Source of the DNA: Verrucomicrobiota bacterium | Lineage (GTDB): Bacteria; Verrucomicrobiota; Verrucomicrobiia; Limisphaerales; AAA164-E04 | DNA length: 64,000 bases | Direction: 5' to 3' | NCBI GenBank assembly: GCA_047947115.1 | Contig: CP170459.1 | Coordinates: forward strand, 2,432,001-2,496,000 | Shown: positions 51,066 to 60,922 of the stretch, one piece after another | Layout: each line of letters begins with the position of its first letter | How positions within the stretch are numbered: the first letter of the stretch is position 1 | Program-made: the position numbers and the translations under genes | Notes under the pieces: model-generated | Database searches by the model: none | Told to the model about the DNA's origin: nothing | The model's input: the letters and a program-made list of their open reading frames with translations, nothing else

Positions 51066-52442
51066 TCACGCAACGACCTGCGAGAGCGGCGCGACGCTGT
51101 CCTGGAACTTGTCCACTTTCACATCTGCGCGTTGCAGCATGGTGAGCAGCAGGTTGCTCACGCGGGCATCGCTGTCCACAGGGCGCGAGCAGATATGATA
51201 GTGGGCGGTCGCATCGGCCACGTTGTATTTGCCGATCTTGGGCAGATTGAAATCAACGTGCGTGCCGTGCTTGTAGCCGAGCGCTTTACCACCCGCGAGG
51301 ATGGTCGGCAGATTGGCGTTGCCATGGCTGTGGCCGTAGGCCATGCCGCTGCCCCAGAGGACTTGCGTGGTATCGAGCAGTGGCGTGTCGCTTTCCTTGT
51401 GCTCCTTGAGCTGGTCGAGGAAATAGCTGAACTGGCGAACGAGGAAAGTGTCCGCCTCGGTGAGGCGACGGAGCTGTTCGGGGTCGCCGTTGTGGTGCGA
51501 GAGGCCGTGGCGTTGCTGCAAAATACCAATGTCGGGAATGGCTCCGCCTTGCGCCTCGCTGCCGATGCCGCAGGTGATGACGCGGGTGGAATCGGTGCGC
51601 AGCGCCATGACCATGAGGTCGTAGAACAGGCGGTAATACGCACCGGCCTCGGCCATGCTGAGCTTGCGCTGGAGGCGCGCGGCTTCGTCAGCGGGGACGA
51701 CGGGTTTGGCGACGTTGAGCCATTCATCGGCGCGGCGGGTGCGTTCCTCGACCTGGCGAACGGCAGTCAAATACTCGTCGAGCTTGCTGCGATCCTCGCT
51801 GCCAAGCTTGTTGTTCACGCGCTTGGCGTCATCGGCCACGAGATCGAGGATGCTGCCGCGGCGGCTGAGACGGCGGCGAATGGTCTCCTTGCTGTCCCTC
51901 TCGACCCCGAAGAGCGCATTGAAAATTTGCTGCGTGTTACGTTCCGCCGGAATCTGAATGCCGTCCTTTGACCACGCCAGCGACTGGCCCTCGACGGCCA
52001 TCTCGAGCGACGAGAAGCGCGTCGCGGCTCCATGCACCTCGGCGATGAGCTGATCGGCGGAGACGGTGTTGCGGAAGGAACCGCCATCGCCCGGCACGTT
52101 CGCGCCGGTGAGCCAGACTTTCTCGCAATTGTGATGCTTGCCTAGCACCATGGGGTGATGCAGGCCGCTGATTGGCGTGATGTCCGCACGATGCTTTTCG
52201 AGCGAAGCGAGTGGCTTGGTGAATTGGTAGTCGGCACCCGCCTGCTCGATCTGCCACGTCAGCGTATTCACGCCGTTCGGGATATAGAGAAACACGCTGC
52301 GCTTCGGCTTGGCGGCCACGGCGGCGGCACGCGCGCTGGCAGGCAGCATGGCATTGAGGAATGGCAGGGCGATGGTGGCACCGAGTCCGCGCAGGGCCTC
52401 GCGGCGGCTGATTTGCCAGTGGTTTAAGTTCAGGTTGCTCAT
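51066..52442 (-). CDS. DUF1552 family protein (Tat signal)
   Basis: SRREALRG...LPFL, YIPNG, SADQ, D-x-x-KLDEY, TDSTRV, HGLSHH, GNANLP. Confidence 0.9.
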   Translation of the reverse strand: MSNLNLNHWQISRREALRGLGATIALPFLNAMLPASARAAAVAAKPKRSVFLYIPNGVNTLTWQIEQAGADYQFTKPLASLEKHRADITPISGLHHPMVLGKHHNCEKVWLTGANVPGDGGSFRNTVSADQLIAEVHGAATRFSSLEMAVEGQSLAWSKDGIQIPAERNTQQIFNALFGVERDSKETIRRRLSRRGSILDLVADDAKRVNNKLGSEDRSKLDEYLTAVRQVEERTRRADEWLNVAKPVVPADEAARLQRKLSMAEAGAYYRLFYDLMVMALRTDSTRVITCGIGSEAQGGAIPDIGILQQRHGLSHHNGDPEQLRRLTEADTFLVRQFSYFLDQLKEHKESDTPLLDTTQVLWGSGMAYGHSHGNANLPTILAGGKALGYKHGTHVDFNLPKIGKYNVADATAHYHICSRPVDSDARVSNLLLTMLQRADVKVDKFQDSVAPLSQVVA

Positions 52443-52451
52443 AAGTTCGTG

Positions 52452-54881
52452 TCAGCGTTTTTGGAAAAGTTCGGAGGTGACGAGTGCGGTGACGATGTCC
52501 TTCACGCGATAGTCCATGGCCTTGCTCGCAGCGGCGATGGCTTTCAGATCATCGCGGTCGTCAAACGACATGCTGCGACGCAGGCCATAGATGGCGAGCT
52601 TCTCGATGAAGGTGTGATTGAAGGCGTCGAGATCCGCTACGAGGAGCTTCTTGAACTCGTCAACATTCAGGTATTCGCGACCGTCCGGGAGCATTCCGGC
52701 GGCGGTGACTTTCAGGTTCTCGCCGATGCCGTCGGTGACTTCTTCCGTGCGCCAGCGGCCGATGGCGTCGTAGTTTTCAAACGCCAGGCCGAGGGGATCA
52801 ATCTTCGCGTGGCAGGCGGCGCAGTTGGCGTCCTGGACGTGCGCTTCGAGCTTCTGGCGCAGCGTGGCTTTCGGGCCGGTGGGATTCGTGGGGATGGGAT
52901 TCACGTTTGCGGGCGGCGGCGGTGGTGACTTGCCGAAGATGGACTCCATGACCCACACGCCGCGATGTACGGGGCGATGCCGCACGCCATCGCTCGTGAG
53001 CGAAAGAATCGAGGCCTGCGTAAGTAAGCCGCCGCGATGGCTTTCAGCGGGCAAGGAGACGCGTTGAAACTCGTCGGCGCCGCCCAGCGTCCCCTCGGGC
53101 AGGCCGTAGAACTGCGCGAGCCGCGGGTTCATCATGCTCCAGTCCGAGTGCAAGAACTCGCGGAGCGTCAGGCCGCTGCTGAGCACTTCACGGAAGAAGG
53201 CCTTGGTCTCGCCGACCATGCTCGTTTCAAGCGCGTTGTCGTAGTCCGGGTACAGATTCTTGTCGGGCGGGAACATGCCGACCTTTTTCAAGCGCAGCCA
53301 TTGGGTGGCAAAGGAATCTGTGAAGCGCTGCGAGCGCGCATCGGCCAGCAGACGCGTGACCTGCTGGGCGAGCACCGCCTTGTCGCGCAGCTTGCCCTGC
53401 TCGGCGAGCGCGAACAATTCGGCATCGGGCATCGTGTTCCAGAGCAGGTAAGACAGACGCGACGCGATCTCCCAATCGTTGAGCGTGTGGCGCGATGTGT
53501 TCTCGTCGCCCTCGGCGATGAAGAGGAAGCTCTTCGAGTTCAGGATGGCGAGCATCCCCGCTTTCACCGCGTTGCGGAAGGTCTCCTTCGCATCGAGTTC
53601 GCTTTGCACGATGCGCAGGTAGTGGTCGATCTCCTCGTCAGTGACGGGACGTCGAAAGGCACGTTTCGCCAAAGTGGCCAGGCAGGCGCGCGCCTGCTGC
53701 ATGTTTCCCTCTTCGCTCGGCATGTAGTCATCGCGCAGTTGCTGCTCGTGCTCCTCGATGATCGGCCCCTTCCACGAGACCGAGTCCAGAATGAGGAAGG
53801 GATAGCGCGCCTGGCCCGCTTCATCGGTGAGCTTCATCTGCCAGGGAATGCGGCCAATCTTCGTGCTGATGAAGGGCACCTCGCCATGACGCCCCGAGCG
53901 CGGATTATTCGATGGACCCGGCACGTCGTTATACACGTGAATGTGCGGATCCTTCGGCAAATGCGCACGGAACGTCACGGTGATCGGCTTGTCCTCTGGC
54001 GCGACGATGTCCCGCTCAAACAACACGCGGTCGAGCCTCGTCTCATACACCTTGAGGCGCGGTGCACGGCCATTCTCCGGCTTCAGGCCGCTGAGGGTGT
54101 AGCTTATCTCATAGATTCCTGGCCCCGGCAGCGGCTGCCTCAAATTCGAGTGGCGGAAGATGTCGCCAGCCCACATTTCGAAACGCACCTTGTCGAGTAG
54201 CCCCAACTCGCGCAACCGTTCGCGATGTCGCTCGTTGATCTGTTCTTCCTCAATCGCCGGCTTCGAGCCACCGAAAGGCGGCGCGGGCGGCGCGTTCTCC
54301 GGCAGCGGATCGGGATACGCTTCATCGAGAATGGTCTCCGCCGCCCCGAGATACTTCTCAATGTTCGATGGCGATAGCGTCAGCACCGATCCGATACGTT
54401 CAAAGCCGTGCCATTCCGGGTCCTCAAGGAGGTTGCCAGGATCATTCGCATCGAAGTGCACGCCGATGAGATCGCGCACCGTGTTCACATACTCGTCCCG
54501 CGTGAGGCGGTTGTAACTGACCCGTCCGCGTGCGGCCATGCGGGCGGATTCGCCTTCCTTCATCCGAGCAGCGATCCACTCCACCACCTTGGCGCTCTCG
54601 TCCGCGCCTGGGCGGACCTTCACCTTTTTCGGCGGCATCTCGCCCGTGTTGATGCGTTCCATGACTTCCAGCCACTGCGGCGTGTTCTCGGTCCCCACCT
54701 TCGGCGAGAGATTGTCCACCCGGAATTCCCCCTTCTGCACCTCCGCGTCGTGGCACTCCACGCAATGCTTCTGCAGAAATGGCTGCACGACCTTGTCAAT
54801 GTCCCTGACTTCCTCCGCCCGCGACGAGGCCGGGGCAACCAAGGCGACGATGGCTGAGAGGCCGAAAACGAATCGTGTCAT
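52452..54881 (-). CDS. DUF1587/1592/1588/1585 planctomycete cytochrome c protein
   Basis: CVECH and CAACH, RLTRDEYVNT, ASRLSYLLW, PVHRGVWV, IDPLG; start ATG 54881. Confidence 0.9.
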   Translation of the reverse strand: MTRFVFGLSAIVALVAPASSRAEEVRDIDKVVQPFLQKHCVECHDAEVQKGEFRVDNLSPKVGTENTPQWLEVMERINTGEMPPKKVKVRPGADESAKVVEWIAARMKEGESARMAARGRVSYNRLTRDEYVNTVRDLIGVHFDANDPGNLLEDPEWHGFERIGSVLTLSPSNIEKYLGAAETILDEAYPDPLPENAPPAPPFGGSKPAIEEEQINERHRERLRELGLLDKVRFEMWAGDIFRHSNLRQPLPGPGIYEISYTLSGLKPENGRAPRLKVYETRLDRVLFERDIVAPEDKPITVTFRAHLPKDPHIHVYNDVPGPSNNPRSGRHGEVPFISTKIGRIPWQMKLTDEAGQARYPFLILDSVSWKGPIIEEHEQQLRDDYMPSEEGNMQQARACLATLAKRAFRRPVTDEEIDHYLRIVQSELDAKETFRNAVKAGMLAILNSKSFLFIAEGDENTSRHTLNDWEIASRLSYLLWNTMPDAELFALAEQGKLRDKAVLAQQVTRLLADARSQRFTDSFATQWLRLKKVGMFPPDKNLYPDYDNALETSMVGETKAFFREVLSSGLTLREFLHSDWSMMNPRLAQFYGLPEGTLGGADEFQRVSLPAESHRGGLLTQASILSLTSDGVRHRPVHRGVWVMESIFGKSPPPPPANVNPIPTNPTGPKATLRQKLEAHVQDANCAACHAKIDPLGLAFENYDAIGRWRTEEVTDGIGENLKVTAAGMLPDGREYLNVDEFKKLLVADLDAFNHTFIEKLAIYGLRRSMSFDDRDDLKAIAAASKAMDYRVKDIVTALVTSELFQKR

Positions 54882-55024
54882 AGGAAAGCAGACTAGGGTT
54901 TGTGAGCGCGGCGCGCCGGAACGGCTGAGCTGGTGTCTGGGTTGCTGCCGAGCAGCTCGGGGAGGCCATGATAGCATATGAATGAGCAGTGTGGAACGTG
55001 CGGCGCGAAGCCGCGAGTGAACAT

Positions 55025-55052
55025 GCGGCTGATGCCCTGCCGTTTGGGTTGT
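55025..55052. repeat. 28-bp direct repeat (27/28) of 48386-48413
   Basis: GCGGCTGATGCCCTG(C/G)CGTTTGGGTTGT; both encode QPKRQGISR on the minus strand. Confidence 0.8.
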
Positions 55053-55135
55053 TCGTTCATCATTCCTGTGACTCATGGGTGAAGAATGGTTGGTTCCATG
55101 GGCAAGGTTAATGGGTGGAGTGCACTCGGTGATCG

Positions 55136-58100
55136 TCACGGCTGGAACGTGATCTCGCCCCAGTTCGCCGGTTCCATTTTCAGCTCGAAGACTTCGTCGT
55201 TGACGATGCCCGTGGCCTGGTTGTTCCAGTGGGTGCGCAGGGCGGTGTCGGTTCCGGATTTGTCGCCGTGTGTGGCGCCAAAGTCGCCGCGCAGCGCCAA
55301 GCCGTCCGTGACTTTCAGCCCGAGCGCCGCCAGCGGAATCGCGGATTCGACCACGTAGCGCTTGTCCTCCACCTTCACGGATACCTTGGCCTCGGCCAGC
55401 ACCTCAACGCTGTCCATCACGTATTCCTTCACGACGCCGGAGCTGAAGGTCTTGGGCTTCTTCTCGTCCGCGACCTTGCGATAGACCACGGCCGTGGGCT
55501 GGCCTTTGAAGTTGCCGATGGACAGGCGCAGGTCGCCCTTCACGGGTTCGCCGCGTTTCTTGTCGGCTGCGGGGTCGGTCCCGAGCTGCAGGTCCACGGT
55601 GTCGCCGCGGGCGTAGAGGAACTCGGGCGCGTCCGCGCCGTTGACCCACGGCGTGTCGTCCTCCACCTCCCAGCCGACGTAGAGGTTGGCCTCATCCCGG
55701 GCCATGGCGACCCGGACCCGCGTGCCCGCCTGCTTCTCGAACGCCTGCTTCTCGGGTTCCTCGAAGTCCTTGAAGTCTGCGTCAAGGTTCCCGGTGAACG
55801 CCACCGTGGCCTTCTGGACCATGTACTTCTTGTTGCCTTCCGCGACCTGCAACTGCTTCTCGCGAAACGTCTGGGCCGTCTTCACGTCGTCGGCGCCCAT
55901 CGCCACCTTGCCGCCGGGGATCTCCTGGATCGTCTCCAGTCCTGTGACCTCGATATTCCAGAGCCCGGTCTTGCCGGCCTGGATGTAGACCTTGCCGTCC
56001 TTGCCCTGGCGCAGGGAGCCGCCGAAATCCTCGCCGCCGAGGCCCGGGGGCACGTTGTCGAGGATGGCGCCCGGCACCGCCTGGTCCGGCCACTGGGTCT
56101 TGAACGCGTCGCCCTGGAAGAGGCGCGTGAGGTAGAAGCCGTCCTCGGTCAGCACATGCCACTCGCCGATGTTGCCGTTGATGCCCCAGATGCCGCCGAC
56201 CGGCTTGGGCAGCACCGCGTTGCCGACCAGTCCGAAGGCGCCCCGGATGAGGCCGACCTCCGGCGCTGGCGCCTTATGCGAGCCATGCACGCCGGAGAAG
56301 GTGTTGGGGTACTTCCAGAGCAGGCGTCCGTCGACCGTGTCGTAGCACTCGAAGTTTTGTTCACCCACCGCGACCAGCTTGCGGTTGTCCGGTGTGGATA
56401 GCGCGCCGCCGTCAAAACCGGCAACCTTGCGGGGGCCGGCAACGTCATACCGGGGCGCGCCGCATTTCGTGAAGTCCGCAACCTTGAACTGCAGCCCGTT
56501 GGCGTAGAGGGTCAGATCGCTGTTCATGTTGAGCGACCAGTGCAGATAGCCGGTCATCGTCAGCGCCGCCGGATGCGTCGCCAGTTCGTCGGGCTGCTGC
56601 TGTTCGTCGCCGTTCGCGTCGGCCCAGAAGACCGTCTTCTTCTCTTTGGGGTTGGGTACGATGCTCCCGCGCAGCGCGAACTTCGCGTCGCCCAGCCGCT
56701 CGCGGATGGACAGGCCCGTGTTGCTACTGAATGTCACCAGGTAGAGCTTGCCGTTGCTGCCTTCGGCATAGCGGGCAACCCCGGCATAGTGGTTCTCGAA
56801 GGTCCCCAGGCAAACATCGCGCCCGGTGGCCGGGTCGATGCGCCACTCGCAGCCCTCCCCCGCCATGATGTTCGGGTCGCGCGGGTTGATCGCGCCACCA
56901 CTGGCGCCGTAGTGCGTGGGGCCGAAAAATTCCCTGAGGAAGGCGCCCTCTTTCTTGTCCGCCCCCGCCCGGGCCTGCCACACACTGAAGCGTTGCGGCG
57001 TCTGGTTCGCCTCGGCCACCCAGAGCTTGCCTTCCTTGTCCACCACCAGCCCCAGCGGATTAAGCACGCCGTCCTGGACAAATGCCCCGAGGGCCGGACG
57101 CCCGCCCTTGCGGCCGATCGCGCCGGCGGGCTTCCCGTCGGCGGTGAACACCAGCACCTGCTGGGTCTTGCCGCCCACGCTCACGTAGAGCCGGCCCTGG
57201 TCGTCGGCGGTCACGCCAGAGGCGTCCGGCAGGTCCTTGATCACGGTCTTCACGGTGCCGGCGGCGGGATCGACCGCCAGGATGTTGCGGCGATCGCTGA
57301 CCACATAGACCAGCGTGTCGTTCACGGCCCGCACGAAGCGGGGTTTATCCACATCGATGAGCTTGATGACCTTGCTGGTTTGCGCGTCCAGGACGGCAAG
57401 GAAGTTCATCTTCATCGGGGTCATGTCGGCCGCGAAGGCCTTCTCGATGAACCGGCGGTTCGCCTGGGCGAGGTCGTCCGGGGACAGCTTGGCGGCGTCG
57501 GGCACGAGCGTCGTGCTGTTGAGCAAACCGTTCAGGACGCTCACCACGTTGTCACGCACGTCCGGCGTGTAGTAATTCGGCGCACCGAGGGCTTCGTCGA
57601 TGCCGACTTGAGGGTTCTGGTCGAACCACCAGGTCAGGCGCTGTTTCTGCCAGTCGCCGAGCTTCTCGCGGATCGTCCTGGCGAGGCCGTCGTCTTTGTG
57701 GATCTTTTGAATCAGCGGTTTCCAGTCCCCCACGTCGGCGCGGCGGAAGGAGGCTGCCGAACAGGCGATGTAGAGCTTCCCGTTCCTGGCGTCCATGCCC
57801 TCGATGCGATCGGGCATGCCCGCGGGGTCCTCCCAGATGGCGCTGACCTGCAGATCGGGCGTGTCCTTGCCTTTCCAGGAACTGTAGTTGCCAGTCTTGG
57901 CGTCGAGCCGGTAGATCAGGTTGGCCCACTTGTTGACGTAAACAATGCCGCCGTCCACGCCCATGATCTCGGCGCCGCCCATGCCGCCGTGGGTGTGCTT
58001 CCATTGGACCTTGCCCTGCAGATCGCAGGCCACCACTGCTTTTCCGGCTTCCGCACCGGTCCAGCCGAGATAGACCTTTTCACCGTCGGTGGTGCAGGCG

Positions 58101-59266
58101 AACGGCACGCCGTGATCGCCGCCCCAGTTGGAGGTGAGCGAGCTGTCCCAGGGCGCGCTGCCGCCGTTGCTGGCCCAGCCGCGCAGGCGCAGGCCGATGC
58201 CCTTGTGCGCGATGGCCTTCCAGGTGAAATCGCCCGCCGCCACCGGCTGGCCGGGCGTGCGCCAGTAGGGGGTGGTCAGGCCGTCCCACTGGACCTCGTG
58301 CTCGCCCTTGGCGAAGAAGGCGCAGTTCAGAAGCTGGCGGGCGACCGAGCCATCGGGGGCAAAGAGGTTCAGCGACACGTAGCCGTCGAAGGGCATGGCG
58401 AAGCGGATCGGCTTGAACCCGGGCAGCTCCTTGCTCTGGACCAGCCCCGTCCAGTTCACGACCGGCAACCCTGCCTCCATCGTCACGGCGAACTCGCGGC
58501 CGTCGGAGAGACGGATGGACCGGGGCTGCAGCTTGCCCGTCTTCTCGAGTGTGGCATAACCCCAGCACGTTGGGCCCTGGAAGGTGAAGACGCGGTCGAT
58601 CTGCACGCCCGGCTTGAAGAGATCCTTCATGGTGATGCGGCCAGACTGGCCTGCCGTGAAGTTCGGCTCCACCGTCATGACCATCCGGGCACCGGGCTTG
58701 AGCGGCTGTTGGTCCGCGGTCAGCAGCTTCCAGGGAACGGCGATTTCCTGCACGTAACCCTTGCCGTCGGCATCCGCTGCGAACGTCTGCTGCGCGCCCT
58801 CCGCCCTGGTGTCGGGGATGCTGCCTTCGTTGAGCCCCTTGCCGAATTGGACGCTCACCACATCCCCGCCTTCGCGGTACTTCCAGCAGTCCCAATGGGC
58901 CGTGCGCTCCTTGCCCGCCGCGTCGGTCGTGACCGTGCGGAACTGCAGGCAGTCGCCCTGGAAGCCCATGTCGCCGTTCACCCCGGGGTTGTTGAGCGGG
59001 GTCGGATCCTTCCAGCGCGCCAGCACGTACAGGTTCTGACTGTCGTACATCACGTGGAACCATTGGCCGTACTGGTCGCGCAGATTCTCGACGTCGCTGC
59101 AGGCGAAAATCCCTCCGGTCAGATCCCAGTCATCGAACTTTCCGTCCACGACGACCTTGCCCGGCGCAGGCAGAATCTGCATGTTCAGGTTCTCGGTTTC
59201 GGTGGCCCGGGCGGCCGGAAGGGCGGCCAAGGCGAGAACGAGTGCGATCAGTATCTTGCTGTTCAT
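55136..59266 (-). CDS. Large secreted protein, paralog of 41071-45201
   Basis: Shared LPAPGKVV-x-DG-x-FDDWDLTGGIFAC, SNWGGD, APNYYTPDVRD, GVHGSH, GGEDFGGS, WNNQATG-x-VNDEVFELKMEP; start ATG 59266. Confidence 0.82.
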   Translation of the reverse strand: MNSKILIALVLALAALPAARATETENLNMQILPAPGKVVVDGKFDDWDLTGGIFACSDVENLRDQYGQWFHVMYDSQNLYVLARWKDPTPLNNPGVNGDMGFQGDCLQFRTVTTDAAGKERTAHWDCWKYREGGDVVSVQFGKGLNEGSIPDTRAEGAQQTFAADADGKGYVQEIAVPWKLLTADQQPLKPGARMVMTVEPNFTAGQSGRITMKDLFKPGVQIDRVFTFQGPTCWGYATLEKTGKLQPRSIRLSDGREFAVTMEAGLPVVNWTGLVQSKELPGFKPIRFAMPFDGYVSLNLFAPDGSVARQLLNCAFFAKGEHEVQWDGLTTPYWRTPGQPVAAGDFTWKAIAHKGIGLRLRGWASNGGSAPWDSSLTSNWGGDHGVPFACTTDGEKVYLGWTGAEAGKAVVACDLQGKVQWKHTHGGMGGAEIMGVDGGIVYVNKWANLIYRLDAKTGNYSSWKGKDTPDLQVSAIWEDPAGMPDRIEGMDARNGKLYIACSAASFRRADVGDWKPLIQKIHKDDGLARTIREKLGDWQKQRLTWWFDQNPQVGIDEALGAPNYYTPDVRDNVVSVLNGLLNSTTLVPDAAKLSPDDLAQANRRFIEKAFAADMTPMKMNFLAVLDAQTSKVIKLIDVDKPRFVRAVNDTLVYVVSDRRNILAVDPAAGTVKTVIKDLPDASGVTADDQGRLYVSVGGKTQQVLVFTADGKPAGAIGRKGGRPALGAFVQDGVLNPLGLVVDKEGKLWVAEANQTPQRFSVWQARAGADKKEGAFLREFFGPTHYGASGGAINPRDPNIMAGEGCEWRIDPATGRDVCLGTFENHYAGVARYAEGSNGKLYLVTFSSNTGLSIRERLGDAKFALRGSIVPNPKEKKTVFWADANGDEQQQPDELATHPAALTMTGYLHWSLNMNSDLTLYANGLQFKVADFTKCGAPRYDVAGPRKVAGFDGGALSTPDNRKLVAVGEQNFECYDTVDGRLLWKYPNTFSGVHGSHKAPAPEVGLIRGAFGLVGNAVLPKPVGGIWGINGNIGEWHVLTEDGFYLTRLFQGDAFKTQWPDQAVPGAILDNVPPGLGGEDFGGSLRQGKDGKVYIQAGKTGLWNIEVTGLETIQEIPGGKVAMGADDVKTAQTFREKQLQVAEGNKKYMVQKATVAFTGNLDADFKDFEEPEKQAFEKQAGTRVRVAMARDEANLYVGWEVEDDTPWVNGADAPEFLYARGDTVDLQLGTDPAADKKRGEPVKGDLRLSIGNFKGQPTAVVYRKVADEKKPKTFSSGVVKEYVMDSVEVLAEAKVSVKVEDKRYVVESAIPLAALGLKVTDGLALRGDFGATHGDKSGTDTALRTHWNNQATGIVNDEVFELKMEPANWGEITFQP

Positions 59267-59305
59267 TTCTTTTACTTTCGGTTCATGTTGCAATGTCTTT
59301 CCCGC

Positions 59306-60922
59306 TTACTTTTTAGCCGCTTCCGACTGAAAAACGGCACGTCCCCAATGCGGACCGCTCAGAAAGAATGCCGGCGGCGGAGGGGTTGGAGAAGCCGGTG
59401 GATTCTGGTTGGTCACATCAACCAACTGCCCAAAGCAGATTCGTCCGTCGGCATCGCTCCAATGCACCGTCCACAACGCCCCCATGACGTCGCCTGCGCG
59501 CGGGGGATCGCTCTCGCAGTGGAGCAGCCGCCAGGGAATCGCGTATTCCAGCGTGTAGCCGAGTCCATCCGCGTCCTTCTGGAACGCGCCCTTCCATCCT
59601 GCGGGGGGTGCGGCGGGAGATTCCAATTCAAAGCTGTGCTGCAAACCGAGGCTCGCCCGCCCGGACTTGGCATCGTGCCACAGGATCAGGCTCGTCACCC
59701 GCTCGTTGGTGGAATCCGCAAGCAGCTCACGGCTGGGATTCGCGGGCCGGAATATAGGGTTGATCCCCTTGAGCGGCCAGCCCAGCTGGCGATCCGTGGA
59801 GAGACGCACGATGACGCTGCCTCCGGCAAACTGGAAGCCTTCGCGGGACGCATTGCGCATCGGTTCGGGGTCGCCCACATGCGCAGCCACATACAAGTGC
59901 GTCGCATCATACATCATCCCTCCCTCGACGAAATACGTCGCCGCGTAAGGCGGCTCGCACGCGCTCTTGAAAAAGGTAGCGCGGTTCCATTCCGTGAGCT
60001 GGCCATCCACCGACACCTCGTTCGTCGCACGCGTCACCGCGACTGACTCCACGGCGCTGCGGTTGTAGAGCGGGCCACCGTGAGTTATCGGCGTCGTTCG
60101 CGGCATCCGCCGGATGAACCGGTCCTCGACAAACGCCGCCGGAGCCAGTTCACCCGCGGCCGAGCATCGCAGCCCGCTGCCGGCCTTCAGTTCCCGGGCT
60201 GCCCCTGACGCGGTAGCCTCCGTCCGCACTAGGCCGTCGTAAACCTGCACGCGCTCGTCGCCGCTCTGACTGACGCTCACGCCGAACTCGGTGCCGAGGT
60301 CGATGACCCGCATCTGCGCCGTTTCGACCACAAACCCCGAGCGCCCCTTCGGCATTCTCACCACCACCGTGCCAGACGTGAGCCGGAGGTGTTGAGCGCC
60401 CAGCCATTCCCCGACCGCCGGTCCTTCGACAAGCACTTCAACACCGTTAGCTCCTGCCAGCGAAATTAATCCATTCTGCAGGCTCCAACCGCCTCTCCCG
60501 ACGCGATCGGACACCCGCACTTCCCGCCCGTCCGCCCAGCGCCCGCGCAGAGTCTCGCGAACCGCAAAGCCCGGTTCCAAGTCCGCTCCGGGCTGCCGGG
60601 GAGCGTCACGCAGCGAGAGCCATACCGCGGCCGCCAACCCGAACATCGCCGCCGCCGCTGCCCACGGCAGACTCCAGCGCCACCAGGGGGACGCCGAGGC
60701 ACGTGTTGGTTGCACTGCGCGGAGAAAGGGCAGCTTGCACTCCAGACCGCGAAACTGCCAGGCCAGACCGGCGTGCAGTTCCAGGTAGGAGAGAAAGAAC
60801 CGCTGCGCCTCGTCGCTCGTCAGCAACTCGCGTTCGAGCGCTTCGCGTTCCGCCAAGCGCAGGTTCCCCGCCACGTAAGCATCGGCCCAATCCCGGAGCC
60901 TGGCGGCTTGGTCCGAGTTCAT
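59306..60922 (-). CDS. FecR-family anti-sigma/sensor with C-terminal CBM9/DOMON-like domain
   Basis: LERELL...YLELHAGL, TM helix, VEGPA, VIDLGTEFGV, then VDGQLTEW...MYDATHLY...YTLEYAIPW; ATGA overlap with sigma. Confidence 0.85.
   Translation of the reverse strand: MNSDQAARLRDWADAYVAGNLRLAEREALERELLTSDEAQRFFLSYLELHAGLAWQFRGLECKLPFLRAVQPTRASASPWWRWSLPWAAAAAMFGLAAAVWLSLRDAPRQPGADLEPGFAVRETLRGRWADGREVRVSDRVGRGGWSLQNGLISLAGANGVEVLVEGPAVGEWLGAQHLRLTSGTVVVRMPKGRSGFVVETAQMRVIDLGTEFGVSVSQSGDERVQVYDGLVRTEATASGAARELKAGSGLRCSAAGELAPAAFVEDRFIRRMPRTTPITHGGPLYNRSAVESVAVTRATNEVSVDGQLTEWNRATFFKSACEPPYAATYFVEGGMMYDATHLYVAAHVGDPEPMRNASREGFQFAGGSVIVRLSTDRQLGWPLKGINPIFRPANPSRELLADSTNERVTSLILWHDAKSGRASLGLQHSFELESPAAPPAGWKGAFQKDADGLGYTLEYAIPWRLLHCESDPPRAGDVMGALWTVHWSDADGRICFGQLVDVTNQNPPASPTPPPPAFFLSGPHWGRAVFQSEAAKK

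Noticed and set aside
54882..55139. 86-aa N-terminal extension of the DUF1592 ORF
   Set aside because: The signal peptide starts at 54881; the upstream part is intergenic and holds the dehydratase stub
41071..59266. Giant-gene paralogy as a DGR template/variable repeat pair or an assembly artefact
   Set aside because: No reverse transcriptase; divergence is gene-wide and not adenine-specific
56540..60046. 1168-aa ORF on the + strand, and similar ones at 39441-41081, 41041-42300, 42352-44418, 48479-49768, 53037-54200, 55229-56401
   Set aside because: Antisense shadows of GC-rich genes with strong codon bias; no recognisable motifs; they overlap well-supported minus-strand genes
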